From Candidatus Nomurabacteria bacterium (GTDB taxonomy: Bacteria; Patescibacteriota; Minisyncoccia; Phycocordibacterales; CALRBL01), in NCBI GenBank assembly GCA_963834935.1, contig CAWIDS010000001.1, positions 1,338 through 65,337 of the forward strand: a stretch of DNA of 64,000 bases, in the 5' to 3' direction. The notes under the pieces are model-generated. The model made no database searches. It was not told the origin of the DNA and saw only the letters and a list, made by a program, of their open reading frames with translations. Position 1 is the stretch's first letter; every line of letters starts with the position of its first letter. This document shows positions 7,824-16,835 of the stretch, piece by piece. The position numbers and the translations under genes are program-made.

Positions 7824-8184
7824 GCTTCTCCTGACTCTCAAGCTTTGCTGCTGCTTCAGGGGTGGATACTGTTTTTCCCATTAAAAATAAATTGATTATT
7901 CCTACAGCAATAATCCAGTAGACAATCATTGCAAGAAGGGTGGTCCATTCAAATATGCTTCCGGTAACTATTCGTGTGTTCTGAAACACACTAAGGAATG
8001 GATTGGCAAAGATATATGTCACCTTATAAATGAAGCTGGTGAATCCCGCTGCAGGATTAGCACCCAAGAGCTTCAAGATAAAACGAAATGCCAACAAGAC
8101 TTCAATGATGCCGAGAATATACCAGACCACTTGAATTCCGCGATAAAGAGGTTTGGTGCTTGAAGAGGTATATGATGAATCCAT
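7819..8184 (-). CDS. YggT/Ycf19-like small membrane protein.
   Basis: ORF of 121 aa with two TM segments. The QVVWYILGIIEVLLAFRFILKLLGANP pattern is typical of YggT. Confidence 0.5.
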   Translation of the reverse strand: MDSSYTSSSTKPLYRGIQVVWYILGIIEVLLAFRFILKLLGANPAAGFTSFIYKVTYIFANPFLSVFQNTRIVTGSIFEWTTLLAMIVYWIIAVGIINLFLMGKTVSTPEAAAKLESQEKQ

Positions 8185-8399
8185 AAAGATAATTTGATTA
8201 GGCTATTAAATGAAATAGACTGACAGACTAATTATACACTTTAATTTTATCTTCGTTTGCTCCTTACGTACGGTACTATATCATTTTTTCCGAACACCTT
8301 TAAGTTATCCACAATTCTTCATTTTTCATGTTTGATTATTCAAAAGAGAAATTTTAAAATCATAAACGGACCCTGTACCCGTGAAAAAAGAACACGACA

Positions 8400-8651
8400 A
8401 TGGAATACTTCGACTCTAAATTATATGATCTGCCCCTTGATACGCCTATCGGAGCAATCATACGGACAGGACGCTATTGCTACTTGAAGGAAACCACCTT
8501 GGGCCAACTCATTAAGGTAGCCCCTATCGTCCTGTCTTCACGCTTCTCCATGAGAGATGCATGCCTCGCCGTCGGCCAAAATGAAGGACACTCATCACTT
8601 CTCGAAGCCGCACTCATCCAACAACACAACAAAGAAATTGCACTCAAATAA
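8400..8651 (+). CDS. Hypothetical small protein.
   Basis: ORF of 83 aa followed by its own terminator. Confidence 0.4.
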   Translation: MEYFDSKLYDLPLDTPIGAIIRTGRYCYLKETTLGQLIKVAPIVLSSRFSMRDACLAVGQNEGHSSLLEAALIQQHNKEIALK

Positions 8652-8675
8652 AAGACTCGCGGCAAGAGCGCTCAG

Positions 8676-8707
8676 AGACGTCATACGTATGTGGACGTCT
8701 TTTTTAC
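8676..8707 (+). terminator. Rho-independent terminator.
   Basis: Hairpin AGACGTC...GACGTCT followed by TTTTTTAC. Confidence 0.65.
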
Positions 8708-8823
8708 TTATTTTATTTTGCAGACACGGGAGCAAGTTGACATTTTTTCAATAAATTGTAGTCTCTTTCTAGATATTCCCCTCACGTGTGTGCTGGTGGA
8801 ATTCTTCTATAGAAAGGAGAAAG

Positions 8824-9078
8824 ATGCCAGGACCATATTTTCCAAATCAAGAAGCTTTAGAATGCGGGTGCTACTATCCGGATGTAACCCGCATTGAAGA
8901 TAATCCCGACAAAGGCGTTCGAATTCTTTACTGCATTACGCACGGCCGGGTCGAGATGAAAGTGGATCCGCGCTGCCTGACTGCGCCAGCTCGTCCGATC
9001 CCTGACGACCACTGGCGCATACGTGAACGCGCCCGGCTTCTCAATTCTGATGAGCTTCATCAGAATGCAGCTTCCTAG
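8824..9078 (+). CDS. Small Cys-rich hypothetical protein.
   Basis: RBS AAAGGAG then ATG at 8824. The ORF track started earlier, at 8788. Motifs ECGCYYP, CITHGR and a further C. GC-rich. Confidence 0.45.
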   Translation: MPGPYFPNQEALECGCYYPDVTRIEDNPDKGVRILYCITHGRVEMKVDPRCLTAPARPIPDDHWRIRERARLLNSDELHQNAAS

Positions 9079-9114
9079 AGTGATGAGCACTCCTCGACAA
9101 CTCAAGTGCACCGC

Positions 9115-9143
9115 CCCTGTCGCTAGACAGGGGTTTTTTATTT
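9115..9143 (+). terminator. Rho-independent terminator.
   Basis: Hairpin CCCCTGTCgctaGACAGGGG followed by TTTTTTATTT. Confidence 0.75.
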
Positions 9144-9163
9144 ATGCTATAATTTCAACCAAT

Positions 9164-9622
9164 ATGATGACAATCATTTTACTTGGGATATTAGGCGTAG
9201 TCATAAGCATTTTGGTAGGAATATGCTGGTACTCGACAAAAACGCCGATGGGCAAGCTTCATCTGGAATCGCTCGGCTTTTCGAATGTTTCAAAGGAAGA
9301 GCAAGAAAAGAAGATGCGTGAGATAAAACCGAAATTATGGAAATACTATGTCGGTCAGATTATCCTTTCTTTCCTGACTTCCACTTTCATCGCCTACATC
9401 ATGCTTGAACAAAGAATGTTCGGCATCGGCTCTGCTGCTATTTATGTGGAAGTAGGCGCGATCTGGCTTTGCTTTAACGTACCAATAGTCGGACAAACTC
9501 TATTATGGGGCAATTGCGATTTGAAATTACGTTGGAAAAAATTCTTCTCTGACATATTTGCTAACCTTGTAACCTACATGCTGATCATCTTCATATTCAG
9601 CTTGATATATGCCGCCCTATGA
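9164..9622 (+). CDS. Integral membrane protein, hypothetical.
   Basis: In-frame ATG after a TATAAT box at ~9146. About four TM helices. The ORF track started at 9023, inside the terminator. Confidence 0.5.
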   Translation: MMTIILLGILGVVISILVGICWYSTKTPMGKLHLESLGFSNVSKEEQEKKMREIKPKLWKYYVGQIILSFLTSTFIAYIMLEQRMFGIGSAAIYVEVGAIWLCFNVPIVGQTLLWGNCDLKLRWKKFFSDIFANLVTYMLIIFIFSLIYAAL

Positions 9623-9652
9623 GATAAGGTTCCATTTGAAAGGAGTTCATGT

Positions 9653-10351
9653 TTGAAAAATCTAAAAGAGATAAACGCGCAGCTTCAGGATGCTGACCCC
9701 CGTGAGATAGTCACATGGGCTCATGAGACCTTCGGAAATAGCCTGGCCATGACTTCGGGTTTCGGGGCCGAATCGGCCCTGACAATCAATCTAGTTACGC
9801 TTCGTGTCCCGGAGATTCCTGTGATCGTCATTGATACCGGATACCTCTTTCCAGAGACGCACGCCTTTATGGAGAAGCTCAGGAAGAGGTTCAGCCTCAA
9901 CCTGAAGACCTACTTCCCTTTGCTTAGTCCGTTCGCCATGGAAAACCAATATGGCAAACTATGGAAGCAAGGCAAGCGAGGTCTGGAATGCTACAACCGG
10001 ATGAGAAAAGTGGAGCCAATGGAACGGGCACTCCGCGAACTCGGTGTCAAAGCCTGGATTTCAGGATTAAGGGCAGACCAGACAGCGCTACGTTCCAAAT
10101 TGAAGATAGTCGAAAGAAGATCTGATGGAATATACAAGATCCATCCCATCATCAAATGGACGGCGGAGGAAATCCGCCAATACTTCTTCCTTTACGACCT
10201 GCCCTATCATCCTTTAGTTGAAAAAGGCTATTCGTCTATCGGCGATTGGCATTCGACGCTTCCCTCAAAAGACCGTTCCGGACGTTTCAACGGGATCAAG
10301 GAAGAATGTGGGCTGCACGAAGAATTATGCGGAGATAACAGCGAGGTATAA
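9653..10351 (+). CDS. cysH: Phosphoadenosine-phosphosulfate / adenylylsulfate reductase (thioredoxin-dependent), CysH.
   Basis: TTG start with AGGAG 7 nt upstream. PAPS-reductase fold. C-terminal catalytic ECGLH motif. Confidence 0.85.
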   Translation: MKNLKEINAQLQDADPREIVTWAHETFGNSLAMTSGFGAESALTINLVTLRVPEIPVIVIDTGYLFPETHAFMEKLRKRFSLNLKTYFPLLSPFAMENQYGKLWKQGKRGLECYNRMRKVEPMERALRELGVKAWISGLRADQTALRSKLKIVERRSDGIYKIHPIIKWTAEEIRQYFFLYDLPYHPLVEKGYSSIGDWHSTLPSKDRSGRFNGIKEECGLHEELCGDNSEV

Positions 10352-10360
10352 ATGCGCACG

Positions 10361-10389
10361 GCCGAACGGAAGTTCGGCTTTTTTTATTT
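10361..10389. terminator. Bidirectional terminator shared by cysH and pgsA.
   Basis: Hairpin GCCGAACggaaGTTCGGC followed by TTTTTTTATTT. Confidence 0.75.
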
Positions 10390-10415
10390 CCCGAAGCGCC
10401 ACCAGTCATGATTAT

Positions 10416-11054
10416 TCATATCGAATTATAAGAGAAGATGCTTGCCAAAGCGAAGGCAACGGCTACCCAGAGGATGATTTCTGCGAGCAAAAGGAGGAGG
10501 CCGATTTTGAAAAGGATAAAAAAAAGAAGCAGGATAACTCCGACGCATTGAAGGACCATTTTGATCTTACCGGGAAGCTTGGCTTGAATGTTAGCCTTCG
10601 GATGCGTGATCTTCTTGTATATCGCTGCTGTGATGATGATCACCTCAAGGAATATGATGACAAGCGCAAGCCAGATGTTGACACAGCGAGTGAGAAGGAT
10701 GACCGCCGCCGATCCGATGAGAAGCTTGTCTGCTAACGGATCGTAAAATTTCCCGACAGTAGTGATCTGATGACGGATGCGAGCCATGGCGCCATCGAGA
10801 GCATCGGAAAGGGCTGCTGCGATGAATATGATAGATCCCCAAAAATAATCATAGGTGAGGAAAAAATAGATGACGAAAGGAATGCAACAAAGCCGGAAAA
10901 AAGTGACGGTATTAGGCCGGATTTTGCGCGGAATGGCATTAAGTATACTTCTTCCTATGACCTTGTCGGTAAACGTAAGCTTGGATTTGCCGATGCGGTT
11001 CTTTAATTCATCTTTTGGTTCCTCCAGCTTCATTGCATGAATTATACCTATCAT
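10416..11054 (-). CDS. pgsA: CDP-alcohol phosphatidyltransferase (phosphatidylglycerophosphate synthase-like).
   Basis: Motif DALDGAMAR...G...DPLADK. Multi-TM protein. Confidence 0.8.
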   Translation of the reverse strand: MIGIIHAMKLEEPKDELKNRIGKSKLTFTDKVIGRSILNAIPRKIRPNTVTFFRLCCIPFVIYFFLTYDYFWGSIIFIAAALSDALDGAMARIRHQITTVGKFYDPLADKLLIGSAAVILLTRCVNIWLALVIIFLEVIIITAAIYKKITHPKANIQAKLPGKIKMVLQCVGVILLLFFILFKIGLLLLLAEIILWVAVAFALASIFSYNSI

Positions 11055-11089
11055 AAATCAAGTTCTCAATCATATAGACATTCATCTAC

Positions 11090-11725
11090 ATGCTGATATG
11101 GTATATCATACACACTATGGACGGAAACACTGAAAGCAAAATAAATCCCATCATCCGATCCCTGATTTTTTCGGATTTTCTCGTCTTATCCGCATTTTCG
11201 ATCTATGGGCCGATATTCGCCATCTTCATTCTTAAGCAAATCAACGGCGGAACAGCCGGAACAGTAGGGGTCGCAACCGCGTCATACTGGATAGTGAGGT
11301 CAATACTGCAATTGCCGATCTCTAAAGCTCTCGACAAGCAAGACGATAAACGCCTCAATTTCAGAGCGCTGATAATAGGATCATTCCTTTTCAGTATCGT
11401 GCCATTCCTTTTCATATTCGCTACCGAGCCATGGCATGTCTATGTTCTCCAAGCTATTTATGGCATCGGTGATTCCCTCGCTGCTTCCACTTATCTGTCA
11501 GTCTTCTCAAATCATCTCGACAAGAAGAAAGAGAACCTCGAATGGGGAACGCGCTCCGTCATGGTCGGTATAGGCACATCCATTGCTGCAGTCGGAGGCG
11601 GTTTCCTCGCTGACCGCTACGGTTTCCATATGATATTCATCATCACCGGGATACTGGCTCTTTTCGGCTCATCGCTTCTCATCTATTCTCGCTATAAGGA
11701 TTCAGAATTAGGAATGCATAATTGA
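11090..11725 (+). CDS. MFS-like 6-TM membrane protein (half-size transporter unit).
   Basis: Six hydrophobic helices. GIGDSLAASTY and GGGFLADRYG loops resemble MFS motifs. At 211 aa it is about half a canonical MFS transporter. Confidence 0.45.
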   Translation: MLIWYIIHTMDGNTESKINPIIRSLIFSDFLVLSAFSIYGPIFAIFILKQINGGTAGTVGVATASYWIVRSILQLPISKALDKQDDKRLNFRALIIGSFLFSIVPFLFIFATEPWHVYVLQAIYGIGDSLAASTYLSVFSNHLDKKKENLEWGTRSVMVGIGTSIAAVGGGFLADRYGFHMIFIITGILALFGSSLLIYSRYKDSELGMHN

Positions 11726-11900
11726 CTTTATAGTTAAGTATGATATAATTATATAAAATAGAACTTTGTAATTGGTGGGATATTTGATTGCAGCCACTTC
11801 TTCGCGATTGAAGCGAATAGTTTTGACGCGAAAAGCTGAATGCAATCAAGTACTCCAAGACGGAAGAACGATGCAGAAACCAACCAACATATAGATAGTC

Positions 11901-12686
11901 ATGAAAAAAAATATCCTGTTCGTCTTTGCAATCGTCCTCTCCGCGAGCGCCGCCTTCGGCGCTTCCCTGCGCGATACTGTCATCAACAAGATCCTAAGCA
12001 TCCAAGTCCAGAAGTTTCTCACGCCGGAGTTCATCTCCAGCGTGATCAGCACTCGGACTCCCGACTTCGACGAAGCCGAGTGCTCGTTTGCGGACAGTTA
12101 CTACGTGTGCCGCGACCGCACCTACGAGAGTCTCTTCGGCGGCTGGGAAGGCCTTGAGGACGCAAAAAACAATGATTCGGACAACGATGATCTCTACTAC
12201 CAATTGAGAACCGTGGCCGTTGCCAAGCTGAAGGCTGAACTCCACCAAGGAGACACCTTGATGGAGGTCTATCAGAACTGCCGCCCGGCGTTCGTCAAGA
12301 CGATTGCCCGGCAGTCTCCGGCATTCCGCCAGCACCTTCAGGCTTTCATCGAGGAAGCGATCGAGTCATTCACTTCGGTGAAAGACAAAGATTACCGATC
12401 GAAGTTCAGCTACTACCTTGAGGTGCAGAACGTGCGTCTCTATGGCGTCAGCAACAGCATCATCGAAAACATGCTGGCTTCGAATCGGCCTGCCGAAGAG
12501 ATTGCCAAGCAAGTCCTGAACTCTCCGGTCGCTGCCGAGGACAAGAGCTTCCAAGCTCCGCCCGATGTTGACCTGAGCAAGTTCGCTCTTCGGCGCTGGA
12601 ACGAGGGAGGAACAACACTGGTCGGTAAGTATCTCGCGGTCCTTCAACTCATGCAAAAGGATCTCGCGACGCCGGCATTCCACTGA
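11901..12686 (+). CDS. Secreted hypothetical protein.
   Basis: Signal peptide MKKNILFVFAIVLSASAAFGAS. GC-rich (about 57%). Confidence 0.55.
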   Translation: MKKNILFVFAIVLSASAAFGASLRDTVINKILSIQVQKFLTPEFISSVISTRTPDFDEAECSFADSYYVCRDRTYESLFGGWEGLEDAKNNDSDNDDLYYQLRTVAVAKLKAELHQGDTLMEVYQNCRPAFVKTIARQSPAFRQHLQAFIEEAIESFTSVKDKDYRSKFSYYLEVQNVRLYGVSNSIIENMLASNRPAEEIAKQVLNSPVAAEDKSFQAPPDVDLSKFALRRWNEGGTTLVGKYLAVLQLMQKDLATPAFH

Positions 12687-12712
12687 CGCAGAAGAGGCTT
12701 GACCTTCACCCA

Positions 12713-12754
12713 AGCTGCCGTTTTCCTTTCGGAAAATGGCAGCTTTTTTATTTT
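12713..12754 (+). terminator. Rho-independent terminator.
   Basis: Hairpin AGCTGCCG...CGGAAAATGGCAGCT followed by TTTTTTATTTTT. Confidence 0.75.
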
Positions 12755-13072
12755 TCACAAACAAAAACACCCCTAAGCGGAGCGTCTTTGGAAGCTGCTA
12801 ATGCCTTAAGCCCGGCAAATACATGGTGGGTACTCAATGAATAGCCGTCAGAATGCTCGGAAGCGCTCATCGGGCTATGCTAATATGATGTTCCCTGTTC
12901 GTATTGGTACTCGGTTTAAGCCGTTAACCTCTTGCCTCTTAATACAACCCTATTACGGAAAAATTTCACATCAAAAGAAGTATCCGTGTTATACATAAAG
13001 CTTAGCAAGCGGCTGGTCCCTAGAAAGGACCTGCCGCTTCTCTGTTTATCTTTCAATTGATATAATCACATC

Positions 13073-13564
13073 ATGCAAAATCTCCCTGAAAATAAAGTAA
13101 TGGCAAGCAGGATATTCGATGCACCGGTCGAGCAAGTCTGGGAAGCTTGGGCCAAGCCTGGACTGGTGATGAAATGGTGGGCTCCTGACAATTTCACTTC
13201 GCCGAGCGCGAAGATAGACTTCCGCGTCGGGGGAACTTCACTTGTCTCCATGCTCGCCCCGGAAGAGCTCGGCGGTCAGCACACATACAGCATATGGAAA
13301 TACGAGAAAATAATTCCTTACCAGCGGATCGAATTCATTCACAGCCTTTCCGACGAGAATGGGAACAAAATTAGTCCGAGCACCCTCGGCATGCCGGAAG
13401 ATTTTCCAGAAGACATGCCCATGGAAGTCATATTCAGGGACCTTGGCAAAAACAAGACGGAAATGACAGTTGTCCAGCACGGCTGGAATCAGGGGAAAAT
13501 GCGCGAAATGGCAGAAGCCGGCTTAAACCAATCGCTCGACAAGATGGTGCTGCTTTTTCAATAA
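13073..13564 (+). CDS. SRPBCC-superfamily protein (AHSA1 / activator of Hsp90 ATPase-like).
   Basis: VEQVWEAWAKPGLVMKWWAP signature. A TATAAT box sits about 15 nt upstream. Confidence 0.7.
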   Translation: MQNLPENKVMASRIFDAPVEQVWEAWAKPGLVMKWWAPDNFTSPSAKIDFRVGGTSLVSMLAPEELGGQHTYSIWKYEKIIPYQRIEFIHSLSDENGNKISPSTLGMPEDFPEDMPMEVIFRDLGKNKTEMTVVQHGWNQGKMREMAEAGLNQSLDKMVLLFQ

Positions 13565-13573
13565 AAAAGCCGC

Positions 13574-14149
13574 TCATGCAAGCGGCGTCTCTCCTTTCGT
13601 ATTGATGTATTCGACTGCCCTCGCTAGGCTGCATCTATCATCAGGATCTTCCTCATGAAAATACAATACCTGAGCGATCCTCGTCGCCCTATTCCAGACT
13701 TCGTCAGTCCGCGCCCAACCCGTATCACCCTGCCCAAGCGGCAAATAAAGCTGCTTCGGCAGAATATCGCAAAATTGGCCGAACGGCGGAAAAAGCAATG
13801 GCGAGAAAGCGAATACACCTGGAGGAAAAGGGTCGACCGATGCTCCATCTGGCAGCATAAGCCAGGAGTGCCTAATACTCTCATGAGGAACAAGCGTCGC
13901 CTGACCTTCCTTTTTGAGGACATAACTTCGATAACCCATCATCAGTCCATCTGCGACCTCTACGTCGTCTCCCAGATGAATTTTCAATCCCCTGCAGATC
14001 GAATGGCAGTTAGGCCAGAATAGCTTCCTTCTTTGCTTGTCTGCCTCGTCATGCACTTTTGAGAAGAATCTCGTTAGGCGTGTAATTTGGCTGTAAATCA
14101 TCTTGTCGGATCGGGATATTCTCCCGACTGATTCTTGTGCAGTAAACAT
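13574..14149 (-). CDS. Hypothetical protein.
   Basis: ORF of 191 aa, GC-rich, no recognised motif. An overlapping + frame ORF (13655..14023) is also unrecognised. Confidence 0.35.
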   Translation of the reverse strand: MFTAQESVGRISRSDKMIYSQITRLTRFFSKVHDEADKQRRKLFWPNCHSICRGLKIHLGDDVEVADGLMMGYRSYVLKKEGQATLVPHESIRHSWLMLPDGASVDPFPPGVFAFSPLLFPPFGQFCDILPKQLYLPLGQGDTGWARTDEVWNRATRIAQVLYFHEEDPDDRCSLARAVEYINTKGETPLA

Positions 14150-14181
14150 TCTTAATGGACACTATCATGTTTCATTCCTAG

Positions 14182-14892
14182 CTACCAGCCGCTCCGATGC
14201 GTCTTCCTATTCTTCCTTTGCATCACATGCACGGCAAATTCGCTGAACCGCGACGGCAGAAAGTAGATAATCGGCACTATTATGAAAAGGCCTATGGAAA
14301 GGAGCGGATCCCAGAAAGCGGCTGGGATCGAAAGAAAATACAACAGGAGCGCAGGAGTATTCCTCAGCACACGTTTCTTGCTGTATTCGCCTTGCAGATG
14401 AGGTTTGTAGAGCTTAGCCTTGTCAGCATAATGGGTAAGAAGCCAAAAAGCGACCGACACCAGAAAAAGATTCAATCCATAAAGAGCGACTGGTACTGGA
14501 TCAAGGGCATGCAAAGCGATGAAAGAGGTAGGAAACGGGATAAGGCAGATCCAGAAAAGCAAGTGGTTGTTCAGCCAGAGGAAATGATCGTCGGTATTCT
14601 CGAGCGTCGAGAAGAAATTATGATGATTGATGAGGAAAATTGCCACTACCATGAAACTCAAAGCGAAGCCGACGAAATTGTAGAGGACTGGAAACAGAGC
14701 GACAAGGAAATCATGGTAAGAAGCGCCAGCCTGAACTGCAGGAGCATGAAGGTCGAGAACAAGCAGCGTGAGGACGATAGCAAAAATGGAATCGCTATAT
14801 GCTTCTATCCTGCTTGTTGGTTTGAGATTGGACGACACGCATGATTGTACCAGACTCATGTATAATATAGCAATGGAATCGATCCCTCTCAT
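14182..14892 (-). CDS. DUF1211 domain membrane protein (TMEM175-like K+ channel family).
   Basis: RIEAYSDSIFAIVLTLLVLDL matches the DUF1211 signature. About six TM helices. The true start may be an internal Met. Confidence 0.7.
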   Translation of the reverse strand: MRGIDSIAILYMSLVQSCVSSNLKPTSRIEAYSDSIFAIVLTLLVLDLHAPAVQAGASYHDFLVALFPVLYNFVGFALSFMVVAIFLINHHNFFSTLENTDDHFLWLNNHLLFWICLIPFPTSFIALHALDPVPVALYGLNLFLVSVAFWLLTHYADKAKLYKPHLQGEYSKKRVLRNTPALLLYFLSIPAAFWDPLLSIGLFIIVPIIYFLPSRFSEFAVHVMQRKNRKTHRSGW

Positions 14893-15223
14893 CCCAAAGA
14901 ACGGACTGGAAGAACTGCAATCTTACATAAACCTTTCCGAGACGGCTATTCAGACAGAGTTCGAGACATCAACTAATGCCTGGGCTGATTGCTTCGGAAG
15001 CATGGTGGATGTCATAAGCATGTACCTGCATCTTCACAAAGTAAGCAAAAACCTGTCGCCAGAGATGCTAGAAATGGCAATACAAAGGACAGAGGAATTG
15101 AAAGACGAATTTTATCGGCTCAAGAGTGAGTACCCGAAAAGAGAAAATATCCCTTCAGAGGAAATAAGGCAGAGGCTTGTAAAAAGACTTGACGTCTTCG
15201 CTAGCGACTGGGGAAATATCTGA
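14858..15223 (+). CDS. Hypothetical protein, divergent from the DUF1211 gene.
   Basis: Internal Met of ORF 14768..15223. The longer ORF would overlap the minus-strand gene by 125 nt. Confidence 0.35.
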   Translation: MYNIAMESIPLIPKNGLEELQSYINLSETAIQTEFETSTNAWADCFGSMVDVISMYLHLHKVSKNLSPEMLEMAIQRTEELKDEFYRLKSEYPKRENIPSEEIRQRLVKRLDVFASDWGNI

Positions 15224-15248
15224 AAATAATGATAGGCATAATATGGCA

Positions 15249-15271
15249 TAAAAAAACCCGCTTAAAGCGGG
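15249..15271 (-). terminator. Rho-independent terminator, minus strand.
   Basis: AAAAAAA then CCCGCTTAAAGCGGG on the plus strand, which gives a hairpin plus U-tract on the minus strand. Confidence 0.6.
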
Positions 15272-15732
15272 AGGCATTGAATGCTGACGATTTCAAACAC
15301 GAGCTTACTCTCGCCAGAGACCCTGATCAAGGTTGCATTCTTATCCAGAAGGCCCATGAGATCTCTCCTTTCCAAAGCATTGCTGATTCCCGGTTTTTTG
15401 CAGTCAATGGGTAGGCAGCCGACCTGATATTGAGTGCCGTCTTCCATACTGACCCACAATGTCTGCTTGCCAGAGATCTTCACCTCCTTGTCATCAGCGG
15501 TACGATCCCTCCAAAAAAGCGCCACGATTCGGTCAGGCAGGATCACATTGGCGCAGTGGGGGCAATATCCCATGGCTTCCGTATTAGGATTCTGAATGAC
15601 CTCAAGCGACGTTCTGATGCCTATAGGGCCGAACCGGGCCCGGGTTCGCCTAACCCACTCCCATGAGCTGTAATTATAGAGGAACCTGAGACCGTCGATC
15701 CTCTTAGCCAAAGAACGAAAGAACTTTTCCAT
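15262..15732 (-). CDS. Hypothetical protein with CPHC and C..C motifs.
   Basis: ORF of 156 aa. Confidence 0.45.
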   Translation of the reverse strand: MEKFFRSLAKRIDGLRFLYNYSSWEWVRRTRARFGPIGIRTSLEVIQNPNTEAMGYCPHCANVILPDRIVALFWRDRTADDKEVKISGKQTLWVSMEDGTQYQVGCLPIDCKKPGISNALERRDLMGLLDKNATLIRVSGESKLVFEIVSIQCLPL

Positions 15733-15789
15733 ACATTGACAACATTAAACAAAATGACAGTTCTGTCAATGGTGTGATATCATTAGCGC

Positions 15790-16800
15790 ATGAAATTCAT
15801 TTTTATCGCAATGGTCGCTTTCTTGTTCTTATCCCCTCCTTTAATCGCTTCCGCGCATGAGGTATATGTGCTCCCTCCAGCTGAAATCCAGGCCGCACTG
15901 CATAGCCCGACAGTCTCCCCTTTGACGGTGATAAAGGACAACCTCGTCCAATTCACCTTCTGGGCCTTCATCGTCGCCTTGAGCATATTCTGCGTCTTCT
16001 TCATCTCTATCACCCGCAAATTCGAGAAATATCTCGCGCCTTTTTTCGCCAGAACCAAGCACTGGGCGCCGCTCATAGGCAGAGTGACAGTCGGGATCAG
16101 CTTTCTCGCCGCAGCTTTTTACCAAGCAAGCTATGGTCCTGAACTGCCGCTTGCTGCGACTTATGGATCCTATACTCCAATTGTAACCGCTGGACTCATT
16201 GCAATCGGAATGATGATTATCTTCGGAATCGGCGCGCGCATCGCCGCTTTCATCGCCCTTATCATGTATGGCGTCGCGGTCAATAACCACGGCTGGTACA
16301 TGCTTACTTACTCCAACTATCTTGGAGAAATACTCCTTTTGCTCCTCGTTGGCACCAGCAACAAGTCCCCATGGGCAAAAAAAATCGAACCCTACGGCTT
16401 CCTCATACTTCGCGTGCTTTTCGGCTGCGCCCTCATCTACACTTCAGTCTATGCCAAGCTCTGGTTCTCGAATCTCGCTTTGGATACGGTCACTTACACC
16501 AGAGGAGGTACTCTTCTTCCGCTGACTCACTACCTCCATTTCGAGCCGCACTTCCTCGTCCTCGGCGCCGCATGCATCGAGATCCTTATCGGCCTCTTCT
16601 TTATCCTCGGCATCGAAATCCGCTTCACCGCCTTATTCTTGAATTTCTGGCTGACGCTTTCGCTCATACATTTTGGAGAAATCGTCTGGCCACATATTAT
16701 ACTCATAGGCATCCCTATCGCATTCTTCTTCTACGGTTACGACAAATTCTCCCTTGAAGGCTATTTCTTCAAGAAAAAAGGACTTGAACCCGTTCTTTAG
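15790..16800 (+). CDS. Polytopic membrane protein, DoxX-like (tandem).
   Basis: Signal-like N-terminus. Two repeated units (RVTVGISFLAAAFY... and LRVLFGCALIYTSVYAKLW...) resembling DoxX-family repeats. Confidence 0.45.
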   Translation: MKFIFIAMVAFLFLSPPLIASAHEVYVLPPAEIQAALHSPTVSPLTVIKDNLVQFTFWAFIVALSIFCVFFISITRKFEKYLAPFFARTKHWAPLIGRVTVGISFLAAAFYQASYGPELPLAATYGSYTPIVTAGLIAIGMMIIFGIGARIAAFIALIMYGVAVNNHGWYMLTYSNYLGEILLLLLVGTSNKSPWAKKIEPYGFLILRVLFGCALIYTSVYAKLWFSNLALDTVTYTRGGTLLPLTHYLHFEPHFLVLGAACIEILIGLFFILGIEIRFTALFLNFWLTLSLIHFGEIVWPHIILIGIPIAFFFYGYDKFSLEGYFFKKKGLEPVL

Positions 16801-16835
16801 TTTCTCTTTGAGACAATTTGCTATATAATCTAAAA

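Noticed and set aside
10218-10736. 172-aa plus-strand ORF overlapping cysH 3' end and antisense to pgsA.
   Set aside because: It runs through the cysH terminator and is antisense to a gene with a clear CDP-alcohol phosphatidyltransferase motif. It is charged and low-complexity.
11090-11725. Calling the 6-TM MFS-like ORF a pseudogene (half transporter).
   Set aside because: No evidence of a disrupted second half nearby. Half-size units occur and could dimerise. It is left as an intact hypothetical membrane protein with modest confidence.
16371-16757. Arg/His-rich 128-aa ORF in an alternative frame of the DoxX-like membrane protein gene.
   Set aside because: The alternative frame has a coherent hydrophobic helix pattern. 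This frame is an R/H/P-rich artefact of GC-skewed codons.
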